From Octopus sinensis (Eukaryota), in assembly GCF_006345805.1 (NCBI RefSeq), contig NC_043010.1, positions 30,442,001 through 30,506,000 of the forward strand: a DNA stretch of 64,000 bases. Reading direction: 5' to 3'. The notes below the pieces were generated by a model that did no database searches, had not been told where the DNA came from, and worked only from the letters and a program-made list of their open reading frames with translations. How positions within the stretch are numbered: position 1 is the first letter of the stretch; each line of letters begins with the position of its first letter. Shown one piece after another: positions 25,704-39,133 of the stretch. The translations under genes were made by a program, and so were the position numbers.

Positions 25704-26118
25704 TTAAATTTAAATGTTAAAGTGAATCTAACGGTTTTGTGTGTTTCTTAAATGGCTTATAAACACCTTCCACGCTGCAATTGTTTTCGTTCCAGCACAC
25801 GACCTCAGATCAAGTCACTCGCTATGCAAATACACCTCCGTAAATTGACGTTGTAATGATGTAAAGCTACGTTGTATTAACAAGAGGGAGAGACTGTATC
25901 AGCCGATAGGAAAACATTATGTCTTCATCATAACCAATGACTCACAATCGCGCGCGCACGCACACTCACACACTCACACACACGCGTTAGTGCGACTGGT
26001 TATAAAAGCAAAAGCGAAAGAACTTCGAAATTAAAAGCAACCGCACCCCCACAAAAATGAAAAATACAAACCACATACCACATATGTACATATATATGTG
26101 CGTATATAAACGCACATA

Positions 26119-26251
<133 letters not shown>

Positions 26252-26694
26252 ATGAAAAGTCTCAATGACTGAAACCGGTACTGAAATGTTTTTTATAAAA
26301 TTATTTTACCATTTTCTATCTTGACTTTTTTTCCATATATATATTATACATACGCACACACAAAAGCACACACATATGCGCACATGCTCATATGCACACA
26401 CACGCATGCATGCGCGAGCATACACAGACATACGCACAAACACACACACAAAACTTCAGTGTAGATTGAAAAAGTAAATGAATATGGATTACCTGCAGTT
26501 GTGCTTTCTACCCTCATTTGTCTCGGTTGAGTTATTTTTGCTTTTTTCTATTTTGTTGTTTGAGGACAAAAGAGTCTTTATGAATATTTCACCCGAGTTA
26601 TTTCTAGAATAAATTCAATAAAACATTCTTATTGTTTGTCAGCCGGTGGGACGTGGCAGGAGGGCCGAACGTATTGAGGTCCGCCGGAAACGGT

Positions 26695-27060
26695 TATTTA
26701 TTTATTTATTTATTTATTTATTATGGTTTAGTCAGAGGAAGGGCGGTGCCAATGCCCTTTTTCAGCCTGCGACTGGTTAATAGAAGGAAGGTAGGAAGGT
26801 AGGAAGGAAGGAATGAAAGAAGGAAGGAAGGGAAGTTGGTAGGGCGGTAGGAAGGAAAAGAAGGAGGACGTTATTCTTAAAATCGAAGATTTGGTCTGAA
26901 TGCTTCCATCTGAGTGGTCTCTGTTACAAGTACCCAAGGACCAACCAGATGGCGTGAAACCGGGAGACGGATTTAGCGCCCCATCCCGAAAGAAGAACGT
27001 CCATCCCTCAGCTGGTCTTCCACATAATTTTGTCTCCCAAATTACATTCACAAGGTTTAA
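26695..27060 (-). mobile_element. Possible LINE 3' end with (TAAA)n tail
   Basis: GC-richer segment ending in a minus-strand (AAAT)n tract at 26695-26721; no diagnostic protein motif. Confidence 0.3.
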
Positions 27061-27614
27061 GCTGGCCTGAGGATATTATTGTAGGATACACCTGCCCAAA
27101 ATGCCGCTCATTAAAGTCGAACCTGATACTATGTAGTTACGAAGCTAACATTCCACTCGTACAATGATACCTGTATCCAATGACTATTTAATTAAGATCC
27201 TATATTTTTCCTCACCTTAAAGCTTACAAAGGTGGGTCGATTTCGCTTCTCATCTCTCCAGTATCGATAAAATATATACAAGCCAGATTCTTGGGGTCAT
27301 TACTTATCTCCCTTCTTTAAAAATCTGTTTAGGGGCCAATGTCGTGAAAAAATATGTGATCGACTTGAAACACGACACGTCTGGGGAGAGAAAGGAAGGG
27401 AAAAGTTTAATGGATTGGCAAAATCGGGAGAGCATCGAACAAAATTACTTTGGAGCATTAAGATCAAATACTACTGAGGTCGACTTTGCCTTCCATCTTT
27501 TCCATAAAATAAAGCACTAAGTCAAATAACAGAAACAATATATTACTCCTACAACACATTCTAGATATGAATAGAATTATAATTGAACTAAGATTTTTTT
27601 ATTATTCTTTTATT

Positions 27615-27890
27615 CTTTTAATCGTTTCACTCATTTGACTGCGGCCATGCTGGAGCACCGCCTTAAAGGGATTTAGTCGAAGAAATCGACCCCGAGACTG
27701 ATTCGTTGTAAGCCTAGAACTTATTCTATCTTTCTCCTACGCTGAACTGCTAAGTTACGGGGACATAGACACGCCAGCATCGGTTGTCAAGCGATGGCGG
27801 GGTGTGGGGAACATGCACACACATATGCATATACATACATACATACATACATACATACATACATACATACATACATACATACATACATAC
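27615..27890 (-). mobile_element. SINE family B, 3' half with expanded internal (TATG)n
   Basis: Reverse complement of the SINE-B tail; abuts the truncated Helitron. Confidence 0.85.
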
Positions 27891-30800
27891 GAAGGTCTTG
27901 AAAGGAAGTTGGTCCTTTGATAACGTGCAACAGAAGACGCAGGTGAAAGCATTCTGAGATAAGCGGGTGAACTGTGTACACTCTTGAGAGGGCATCAGAT
28001 TCACGCATCGAAGCATCCCTTTCTGAAATGCGTCCTCGCTTTCCTTTTCGCCAAAAGCGGGAAGATGTATTCCACATATAGAATGTAGGCAACTCCGCGT
28101 AAAGAAGTTTTCTGGCAAAAGTGTCTGAAGTGCAAAGTTCAAAGAATCCTGTCAGGGCCGTTCTTAGAGGTTGGTTTGCACAGTCAAGTAAGTATATTTT
28201 TTGATTAAAATACATCCGTTGCTCATTCTCCAAATGAACACTGAGGTGCATAACTGCAGGTTCACGTTCATGGGTCAGAAAACCGAATATTCGCCAAAAT
28301 GCCTCATTAGTAGAGATATAGCGTCCAGTTTGGAAAAAATATGACGTCATCTGTGGCGACATCAGGGTCGCCGGCCTTAGCCAACCCAATAAATGCTCGA
28401 TTGGCTCCCTTATGTACACACTTGCAGATGTATTGAATTGATTTCACGGAGTTGCAGAATTCAACGTTAATGAGGGCCGAAAACATTTTACAAAGCACCT
28501 TGTTATGTGGTAGCACCCATCTGTTGTCAACATTCAATTCTTGACTACCAACCATTTTTATTGTTACTGTATGTCCACCCTCCTGTGGTGCCCTGTGACG
28601 GTATAAAGGATAGCCGTCGTCACCAGTCTGGGTGTTATGAATTAGTTTACCTGGGTAACGCTTTGTACACCACCCATTGTACATACATGCAGACCTTGGA
28701 TTTAGGTGGCCACACGAGCCATTGATCATGCTGGTTTTTATGATTTCAAAAAGGACTGGGTCTTCTTGGGGATTTGGCAGTTCAGCACTGATAACGGTGT
28801 CGATATCCGTTGACATGATTTTGTTATGAAGCCAGAGGAGGATATGGGCATGAGGGAGTCCTCTCTTCTGCCACTCTACAATCTACATGAAGTATCTTAA
28901 TGGTCCAAAAATATATCCGTGTTTTATAACGTCCATCATTTTCATTAGCTTCAGATGAAACACTCTAGATGTGATATCATGTCTATCTGGAGGATTTTGG
29001 TCATGAAGTGAGGCTGGATGTAAACCCATTTTGGATTACAAGTGAAGGTGATGAAAAAATCTGGACGGCTGCAATGGCAGACATAAGTAAGAGCATCCTG
29101 CATTTTTTCATGCATGTACCGAGGGCCTCCAATCTATGATGATGGGAAAATGATAGAACGTCCAATATTCAAAGCGACAACCCGATCATTTCGGTTCACT
29201 TGCCATATTCTTCTGTATGCAATTCCTTTGTCTTATCCATTGGAGGCGTTCGGTGTCAATCTGGAAAGGGAAGAAATGTGTGGAGTAAATAGTGACCTGG
29301 ATAAGTAAATTTTCTGAAAGAAATCATAAAATAAGAAATATCTATTTTAGCAAATATGTCTACACAGTATTGATTGAGAAGCACCCGTGTTCTATGAAGA
29401 ATATTGATGTCGTTGTTGCGAACCATAAGCCGAAATGCATGGAATTCCATTTGTGAAATGGTTTGCGGTGGTTGAAGATGCATTAACGTTTCCGGATTAA
29501 ACTTTGGCAAGTCAATGCGGTAGCCATCGTCACCATAGGGGAACAGTAATGGATATTGGAGGGCATCATACGCAGGATGAATTTCATTTATTTTCTGAAG
29601 TCGCGAGTCTTACCATATCACGGTTTGAAGCACACTCATTGAGACTTATTATAAGCACCACAACTTCGTCGGTTTGGGGTTTGTTAAAGTAACCCTGACG
29701 CTGCCCTGGTGGAGCGCGGTCACCTCGAATGACAATCTTAAACTGATTGGTGTTAGCATTTCTACCCTGAAGAGCAGTTTTGAAAATGGTTAGGTAGGGG
29801 TTCATGGTATAAAATATATATTGAAGGGGCTGCAGAAGAGTCTTATTCCTGTAGCAACTGAAGCACTTCGTGCAATTTCCGCAGTTCCGTTCCCCATAAA
29901 GTAAATCTGGAGAAAGCTGTGTTCATCACCATCTTGTGGAATAAAGGAGTCAATTTAGTGGTAAATTTAAACTTGTAATTTAAAGATGGGCATATAATTT
30001 CCATCTCTTATTGGTGTATGACCAAAGCTTGTCATTTGGAAAGCGGAATAGTAGGCTCTTATATCCCGAAGAAAGTGTTTAGAATCTGGATGGTCTCCGA
30101 GCAGCAGGGACTTCAAAGATTCGGCACCGACTTGTAAATGAGGCAAGCTAACCGTTCCATTGGAGCAGCGTATATCGGTAGATTCTGCTGGCCACCTTAT
30201 TGCATTACAATGGACGCAAACTGTAGACATGTTGCCAATGATATATGAATGTGGTGCGCAGTCCTCATGGGGACTGTAACGAAAGGCTTTGTTAGACCAG
30301 TAACGGGAAGAAATCTTCGAAAAGACATGAGAACGCATTTTACGTTGAGAATCAGCCCCAAACCTTGTGGCTATTTGTTTAACAGTCTCTAACGCACGGC
30401 TATTTGAAGTAGAGGCAGCATCGCGAGCACACTGGAGTTCTGCTTGCTGAGCTGTCTGTGATGCTCTGATGACTGCAGTAGAAGCAGCATTGCGAGCACG
30501 CCGAAGCACAAATTGTTCTTGTCTCGTTTGCTCGCAAGGAACGCAAAACGGAAGCATTTTTTGTTTTTCTGCCAATGTGACTCTTGCTTTTTCTTGGCAT
30601 CCTATCGAAAATCTGTAATTTGATGCAAACCGGAAAACTTCAAATGGGATATGGGGTTCGGCAATATGCGATGTTGACCGATATAGAAGCAAAACTTGTG
30701 GACGAATAATCTACCAGAACCGACCGAATAGTGCTTTTTTAGAATGTAACCGACGAATTTGATCCGTAAAATTCGAAAAATTATAAGAAAAATTTGCCAA

Positions 30801-31426
30801 AACATCGTTCAATTATGCTTACTGATAAAAAAATTAACTCGTAATTTGAAATGTTGATACAAATATTCTTTCTTCATGAAATGGAATTAAGGAATAAATA
30901 ATGGGCATGTACGAGTCAAATCAAGTGAGTCACGCAAAAGTCGAAAAATACCTTTCATTTTTTGTCTTATTTAAGAAACTGTTAGCTAAAGTTTTAGATG
31001 TCACCTAAATTTCCACGTTCAATTAAAAATCAATTTGTCGTTTTCTACTGTTAATTGAATTTTGCCGTGAGAAAATACCCACAGAGTTGATTGATCGCCA
31101 GTTAGTGTCATTCATTCGTTGAAGTTAATATTTTATTTCATTTTTACTTATTCAAAATAATTGCCTTGTCTTCTTAACTCTTTTGTGTCAGCTTATTTAT
31201 TAAACACAGAATGAAATGTCTGAATGCACGTATTCGATTACCGGTCATTCTAGAATGATGTCGATTTTTACTGTAATCACATATGTCCTTTCATGAAATT
31301 TAACTGGTGCACCCACTATGACATCTTTTACCTATGTCTAAAATTTCAGCGAAATCAGTTGAAAAGTACGGGTGTTATAATCTTTTACAAACACGCATAC
31401 AGACAGAATATAATTTATATAATAGA
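27891..31426 (-). mobile_element. Helitron, degenerate: 5' end and Rep domain present, truncated before the helicase
   Basis: 5' terminus A|TCTATTATATAAATTATATTCTGTCTG at 31426; CVHCNA...C zinc finger and IRAYYSAFQMTSFG (29967-30692); Rep motif 1 FFITFTCNPKW (about 29026-29060); HUH motif VEWQKRGLPHAHILLW (about 28832-28879); motif 3 SVKSIQYICK..HKG; GRYIS.NEA.WRIF...LRLLLH..KGPTSFQDLR. Many frameshifts and stops. Confidence 0.95.
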
Positions 31427-31940
31427 TTAATAAAGTTACAATAAGCACTGCTCTATTACAGAGTAAATTAACAGCGAAAATTGAAGTGTTTACTGAACTT
31501 ACACATGCAGACACAGACACACACAAATATACATACACACAGACATACTGACACACACATACCTTACAAGGTACAACGTCATAATGTTTGCTATATCAAG
31601 CCTGCGTAACAGAAACAACAGAACTCAACAAGATTTATATTTGTTCACACACATGCATACTTACAGTTATATTTTGAGCAAAGCATATAGATTTTGCTAT
31701 ATAAACAAGGTAACATTGATGAATCAACAAAACACTAAAATGTCAACAACCATATGTGCGTGTATGTGTTTGCGGACGGGCGTGCGCGTATTAATATCCT
31801 AATTGCCGATTTACGAACGTACCAAGTTTGTGTGTAACGAAAGCATTTTCTGCGTCTGTCTTTTCGTCTCTCTGTCTCTTTTCTCCCTGTGTGAGTCTGT
31901 TTCTGCGGAAATCTCTCCTCTCACTCACTCTCTCTCTCCC

Positions 31941-31971
<31 letters not shown>

Positions 31972-32147
31972 TACACACACGCACATATGTGTATGTATGT
32001 ATGTACGTACGTACATACATGCAAACACACATACATACATATATATAGATATATAGATATATAGATTATATACGTACATACATATATATCTGTATATATA
32101 TGTATATATATAGTATATATATATATATATATATATATCTATATAAG

Positions 32148-32208
<61 letters not shown>

Positions 32209-32214
32209 CTGTAT

Positions 32215-32262
<48 letters not shown>

Positions 32263-32283
32263 CTGTATATATATATATATATA

Positions 32284-32329
<46 letters not shown>

Positions 32330-32337
32330 CGTTATAC

Positions 32338-32368
<31 letters not shown>

Positions 32369-32426
32369 TATATATCGTATTACATATATATCTGTAATAT
32401 ATATATATATATATAGATATATATAT

Positions 32427-32490
<64 letters not shown>

Positions 32491-32884
32491 CACACATACA
32501 GTCACACAGAAATAGAAAGAGAAAGATTTTCAAAGCATTACTAATGAAACGAGTGTCGAACAACAAGTCTGAGTGTCTGAGTGAGATACCAAAACACTGA
32601 GAAAGTAAATATTTAGTTATCACTTTTAATGATTCGTGACAAATTGCAATATTTTTGTTTCCCAATGATTCACCTATACTTGAAATTAAGTTAAAGGCCA
32701 TTCAAAATACGTAAGCAGAAGAGATTAAGGTTTGTGCAGAGGCGTGGCCTCGGCACAGACGCTGCTACCGGTTTCACATCACCGTTCTACTGAATCGATG
32801 ACGGAAACAGCCGTGCAAAAACTCTGAGTAGCGACCTGTAACTGTGAAGAAACAGCTTCACTATATATATGTATATATATATAT

Positions 32885-33130
32885 ACAGTGGGGTACTCAT
32901 ATACGAACGTTTCTTTGAACGATCAAATTCAATATCAAACAGTATTTCTAACGGAAAATAAACTTGAATAACGAGCTAAAATTTTATCAACGAACCACAA
33001 GCAGACTACCATGAGTATAAGTGACTGGGAACTTATTCGCCTAGGGAGCGAAAATATGTAAGCAAAGCGTTAGACACATTTTGCTTGCTTATTTTTTGCT
33101 AGAAACATAACCATAGGCTAACAAAAACAT
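32885..33130 (+). mobile_element. Possible pogo/Tigger-like MITE remnant
   Basis: TA|CAGTGGGGTACTCATATACGAAC...TTGAACGA...TTGAATAACGAG resembles a Tigger terminus; the other end was not found. Confidence 0.35.
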
Positions 33131-33165
33131 GACAAAGGGAAAACGTGCACAAACACACACACACA

Positions 33166-33215
<50 letters not shown>

Positions 33216-34078
33216 CACATACACACACACACTCGTATTCACATATATTTATGCATTTACTATTCATGAATAGACAAATAAAACACGATTTCACACCTTT
33301 AGGTGGAGCTGGGTGTGGCTTGAAACGGATTATCTTTATTTATATGTTTCTCAATTATTCATGTGACGAATAATTTGGTTAACGAACAGAGCACTTGGAC
33401 GGATCATGTTCGTATATAGTGACCCCCACCACACACAGACACACATACACAAGTACACACACATACATACATACATACATGTATATATATGTCTGTCTTT
33501 CTCCCACTCCCTACTATCTTTCGTCCCTTCCTTCTCGTCACTAACTTTGTTTCTTTCCCTCAACCTCTCTCTTGTCCCCCTTCCCTCTGTCAGTTGCTCA
33601 CACGTGACTACATGCCATTTCTCTCGCTCATTTCTTTTCTGGACAAGACGTCCATCGGATTGGACGTCATTTCTCTCGCCTCCCGACATTTTTTCTTGTC
33701 TGCTATTTTCTTCTCTTCTATTTATTCTATTTCCTTTAAAAATTTATCCCAGGCGTTAACCATTACAATTCATCTTAACCTAACGGCCCTTAATATTTGT
33801 CTTCGTCGATTGTTTACTTTGTACGTCCACTCTGTTGTTTTTTGTTCGCTCGAAGCTCTAACTCACCACAAATTCATATTTTTAAAATTTCTGGATGCTG
33901 CTGTCTTATGAAGTTTTCCTATCTTGTCGTTAAAAACACGAAATAGGAAGTAATAAAACGATCGACAACTGACAAGCGAGTTATCTTCTTTTGTATTTTG
34001 TCCTGTGTTTATTTCCCGTGTGTCTACGCATTTTTCACTCACTGTTGATGTCCTGTACTTAATGTGTGTGTGTCTGAG

Positions 34079-34118
<40 letters not shown>

Positions 34119-34590
34119 ATATATATATATTATATAATATATATATATATATATATATAGTCTATATGGATACAGTGATTTTGCATGCGAGCTAGATTGC
34201 TTATACATATGTGTACATGCATTTGTGTATATATTTTCGTTTTGCATTTATATGTCTGTATATGTATGTGGTCTGCGCACATCTATCTGTGTATGTTGAT
34301 GTATATATGTATAGTTTAGTATGAGTATGTACTGTTGTGAAATATTTTAATGCATTTTAATATTTTAATTTCAATTTCCATGTATTAATTATATTTTCTT
34401 TATTAATGACAATATGTATTTTAACCAAATGTTTGATGTAAGGTTTTTTCCTCGACTTTTATAATTTTATATATTTTTATATTTTATATTGAGCTCATTT
34501 TTGTTTATCGCTCGAATATGACAAGTCCATTTTTAAAGGTGTAGCGTTTATACTAGTTTTGATAGAATTGGCATATCGGTTCTATTTTAA

Positions 34591-34641
34591 CAAAAACTGT
34601 CCGACGAACGGGAACGTGAAACTCCGAGTAACAGGTTTTTG
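34591..34641 (+). ncRNA. Type I hammerhead-like motif with U4->C core
   Basis: caaaaacugu-CCGACGA-acg(ggaa)cgu-GAAACUCCGAGU-A-acag(g)uuuuug: 10-bp stem I with one bulge, 3-bp stem II, near-palindromic stem III. Confidence 0.55.
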
Positions 34642-34755
34642 TGAATTTCTGCTGCTTTTAAATAAAGCATATTACTCTACCCCTGGTATTTGAGTACTCT
34701 TTTTTCCACCTTGTTTCACATTTATGTGTTTACTCCGGTGTATATATATATATAT

Positions 34756-34816
<61 letters not shown>

Positions 34817-35845
34817 TATATATATATATATATATATATTTCTTTACTGCCCACAAGGGGCTAAACATAGAGGGGACAAACAAATATATATATATATATA
34901 TGCACACATATATCCGAAAAGCAAAAATGTCACATATTTCATACGTTAATTGTATTCTGCAGTTGTTTCGCTAAGATAAACACCACCAAATATATAATTA
35001 CATTATATCATTAAGATACAGAATTAATTCAAATTTTAATTGAATTATGGAAAAATTCATTTAAATCATCTGTAGCTTAACTTTATTTAGTTTAAATTGT
35101 GTATCACAATTATGTAATCATATATTTGTTGGTACTGATTTCAATAAAGCAGCTGTTGAGAACAAGTAAAGCATGAACTGTTTGTAAAATTTATACTTTC
35201 CTGCTTTTATGCTGAACATGTTCCTCTCAAAGATCGTTTTAGTGGGTTATGTTGTATACGTGCAAGTCTGTCCCAATTGGATCTACTGCAATGGATTAAC
35301 ATTATAGAATTTAACAAACCGTTATTACTTGAGCCCTCAGTTATTGTAGATTTATTCTTTGATGCTTATGCTTAAAATCCCGCCTCTCTCTCTCTCTCAA
35401 CCTATCTCTATTTCTATCTCTTTCTCTGTACATACACACATATGCGCACGCACACGCACACACACTCACACACACATACACACACACGCACACACACATA
35501 CACACAATTTTGCTATGAAGATTCTTAAGAATCAAGGCACATCATCCTGTGGGGCCGCGGAAATGACTACGCATGATCGCATAGAACTCACATAAAATAA
35601 AGGAACATTGAAGACTTCAAGTGCTGGCAAGATACTAGACATGCAGGTACCAAATCCACTTCATAGCCATAGACCCGACTCGCTAGTGGGCCCTTGATGT
35701 GGCGTAGGTAACCCCAAATGGCATTTAAAATTTAAACGCCATTTGTGTTTACTTATATATAGATACACATATACATATATGCATGTATGTATGTATGTAT
35801 GTATGCATGTATGTATGTATGTATGTATGTATGTATGTATGTATG

Positions 35846-35881
<36 letters not shown>

Positions 35882-36139
35882 GTATACGTATATATATATG
35901 CATATAATAAATAATAAATGATGTAATATAATATAATATAATATAATATAATACAATATAATATAATATATATATATGCATGCATATATGGGTAAGGTGC
36001 AAATAGCATGAAATGCGTAGACAAACGAATTAAATACGTAAACATCGAGAAAAAATGGAAAACACGACGAGTAAACACAGAGAAAGGACCCTTCATCAGT
36101 TGTCGGCTGTCAATCTACTTCTCATTTCGAGCAATTTTT

Positions 36140-36372
36140 ATGTATGTATGTATGTATGTATGTATGTATGTATGTATGCATGCATGCATGCATGCATGTA
36201 TGTATGTATGTATGTATGTATGTATGTATGTATGTATGTATGTATGTATGTATGCACGTATGCATGCATGTATGTATGTATGTATGTATGTATGTATGTA
36301 TGTATGTATGTATGTATGCATGCATGTATGTATGTATGTATGTATGTATGTATGTATGTATGTATGTATGTA
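36140..36372. repeat. (TATG)n/(CATG)n microsatellite
   Basis: Direct inspection. Confidence 0.98.
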
Positions 36373-36552
36373 TCGGTGTATGTGACTTACTTGTTTCAAG
36401 TGCAGTCATGCTGGATTCAGTCGAACAAATCATCTATATATTTTAAGTCTGGTACATATTTTATCGGAGTTTTTTGCCGAACCGATCATCTACAAGGACA
36501 CAAACAAACCAATACCGTCCTATATTTAAGAGATGAGGAATTATGTACATTA

Positions 36553-36697
36553 TTTACATTATTTACATTTGACGGATATTTGTCCTCATCTTGTTTGTTG
36601 TTAACACAACGTTTCGCCTGATGAAGGCTGGAGGGAAACGTTGTGTTAACAACAAACAAGATGAGGACAAATATCCGTCAAATGTAAATAATGTAAA
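36553..36697. repeat. Perfect 63-bp inverted repeat enclosing a hammerhead core fragment
   Basis: Arms 36553-36615 and 36635-36697 are exact reverse complements; the 19-nt spacer contains CTGATGA (36618-36624) and the right arm starts GAAACGTT. Confidence 0.92.
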
Positions 36698-36799
36698 CCA
36701 ATACCGGTTGCCAAGCGGTTGTGGGTGACAAACACACATATAACATACACACGTGCGCGCACACATACACACACACACATACTCACACACACACACATA

Positions 36800-36862
<63 letters not shown>

Positions 36863-36896
36863 GGTATGTTTCCCTCGTGTAAAGCCCTGTATCAAC

Positions 36897-37010
36897 AAAC
36901 ATGCTGGTTAAAATACATATTGTCATTAATAAAGAAAATATAATTAATACATGGAAATTGAAATTAAAATATTAAAATGCATTAAAATATTTCACAACAG
37001 TACACTCAGA
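36897..37010 (-). repeat. Inverted copy of the repeat at 34321-34435
   Basis: GTACTGTTGTGAAATATTTTAATGCATTTTAATATTTTAATTTCAATTTCCATGTATTAATTAT...AATGACAATATGTATTTTAACC occurs in opposite orientations. Confidence 0.85.
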
Positions 37011-37059
37011 TCTGGACATGCTGAGATAAATCTAAATTACCTCTTGGGCTAGTATGCCA

Positions 37060-37370
37060 AACCTCGCTATGACAATGGCGTTACATATATTGCATCTGTG
37101 GAAGGCAAGTTTAAATCCAGATACAGTAACCATCTTTCAAACTTTAGACAAGCCAAGTAAGGATGAGAACATCAGCTACAACATCAAATGGAAGATCCTT
37201 CTATGACCAAACCTTATAATAACGGGTCAAAATATGCTCCATAGGCTCGCTTGAAAAACTGTATCTTTTAAGAAACTTCAGATCTTCCAGTGACTGTGAA
37301 TAGCAGGAGTGAGATTTTAATGTTATGCCCCAGTTTACAAAGTACATCTTAGCGGAAATTATGAATAAAC
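37060..37370 (+). mobile_element. Penelope-like GIY-YIG endonuclease fragment
   Basis: TYIASVEGKFKSRYSNHLSNFR...DENISYNIKWKIL...TKPYNNGSK...VNSRSEIL. Confidence 0.78.
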
Positions 37371-37658
37371 CACTGGCACATTATAAACCATTCCAGTGTT
37401 GGTTTTTGTTGTATTTTATATTCCTAACACACTGGTTAATATCTACTGTGAAGTTAATTAATTCCCGTGTGTCTTTCCCTATCTTCTAAATGCGCGTGTT
37501 CATTCGGAGATCGATAGCATCAAACGAAATTGCTAAACCGTCTTGTTGTTTTTGTCAGTTTGATAAATGACAAAATAAATATTTTGGCCAAGAAACCATT
37601 GGTAACTGTGTTTCACAAGGCTTTTGAAATTTTCATAATAATAATAATAATAATAATA

Positions 37659-37692
<34 letters not shown>

Positions 37693-37696
<4 letters not shown>

Positions 37697-38870
37697 GCCC
37701 TGATGCAGTACCAGGCAGTGGCTATGCCCTGCAGTACCAGATCATGGCTCTCATGGCGTTTGATCATAACTGATTGGAAGTGTTATCATGTACATTGTTT
37801 TGTCTTCGTATAAAACATCGGCTACAGCAAATATTCTGCTCAGTACCACAGATTTGCTTGTCACTTGTTTGACCATAACCAATTGAGTATTCCCTTAGCG
37901 GCTAACAATATGTGCATCTCTGATCACGAGCAGAAGTAGTGAAGGGGCATCATAGTCATGTGCTGCGAGGAATTTGGGGGGGTTTGGATAAATCACCTCT
38001 GGAAACATGGGTGTTTCGTTCAACATCCTTAAACAATCCTTATTCAGGGACCTTTTGAGTGGGATGGGCTACTCGACCTGAAGAAAATTCTAAATGGGCC
38101 CCATCGTGAGCATAGCTTGAGCGAGGTGATTTGAAGCGTACCACCGGATGCCTGATCACTGCTGCACAAGACCAGGCTCTCGCTACCAATTTAGTGAAGT
38201 ATAACATCTATAAAAATCTGACACCCAGAAATGCAAATCTGTGGAAAGACTGTGGAAAATGTGACTCACTAGGTAAGAGAATGAGAGAGCCTTGCTCAAA
38301 AAGAATACAGGCGCTACCACGATAAAATGTGTGTGTATCTTCATTGGCTCTTATGCCGTAAATACTAATATGAAGTAACAGAAAGCCAAGTAAAGTTATG
38401 TAGGAGGATGGAAAAGTAACGATACTCTGGGACTATGATTTTCAGACGGATCGTATAATCGAACACCGTCTGCGGGATATTGTCATGTTGAGTAAGAGAG
38501 ACAAATACTGTCAGATCATTGATGTAGCCATACCAAATGACATGAATGTTGTGAGTAAAGAGGTTGAAAAAAATCACCAAGTACTCCCAACTGAAAGTGA
38601 AAATGGCAAGACTGTACGGAATGTGAGAGAGTAACGTAAAAATGATACCAGTGGTCATCGGAGTGTTGGGCTCAATCCCATTGAAACTTCATGACTTCTT
38701 AAGGCAACTGAAAATCCCATGCAAGATTGATGTCTTGCAAAAAGCAGCTTTATTGGGCACAGCACACATCTTAAAGAAAATATTATCTGTCTAAGGTCCT
38801 TGTTGTGACTTGACAAATGACTAAAGACTCCGGTGCATTTTTACCTACATTGTGTTATGAAGGAATAATG
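37693..38870 (+). mobile_element. R4/Dong-like non-LTR element (bipartite, internally deleted) in (TAA)n
   Basis: About 410-bp non-coding segment, then RGDLKRTT..LITAAQDQAL...WDYDFQTDRIIEHRLRDIVML...IIDVAIPND...KYSQL...IPVVIGVLG...LQKAALLGTAHILKKILSV* (restriction-like endonuclease C-terminus); (TAA)n on both flanks. Confidence 0.85.
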
Positions 38871-38915
<45 letters not shown>

Positions 38916-38940
38916 TAATAATAATAATATAATTTCTACA

Positions 38941-39133
38941 GAAGACACAAGACGTGAAATTTGTGGGGAGGGGACTAATCGATTACATCGACTCCAGTGT
39001 TTCACTGGTATTTAATTTATCGACCCCGAAAGGATGAAAGGCAAAGTCGAGCTCGGCGGAATTTGAACTCAGAACGTAAAGACATGAAATACTGCTAAGC
39101 ATTTCGCCCGGCGTGCTAACGCTTCTGCCAGTT
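38941..39133 (-). mobile_element. SINE family A
   Basis: Reverse complement of the family A consensus. Confidence 0.9.

Noticed and set aside
27787-30692. Functional Helitron Rep/helicase gene
   Set aside because: Split over at least six frames by stops and frameshifts; the helicase domain is absent.
32426-32701. Minus-strand ORF AFNLISSIGESLGNKNIAICHESLK... as an exon
   Set aside because: No convincing splice sites on that strand and no recognisable homology.
37693-37790. HDV-like ribozyme at the start of the R4/Dong leader
   Set aside because: Could not build P1-P4 by eye; needs a descriptor search.
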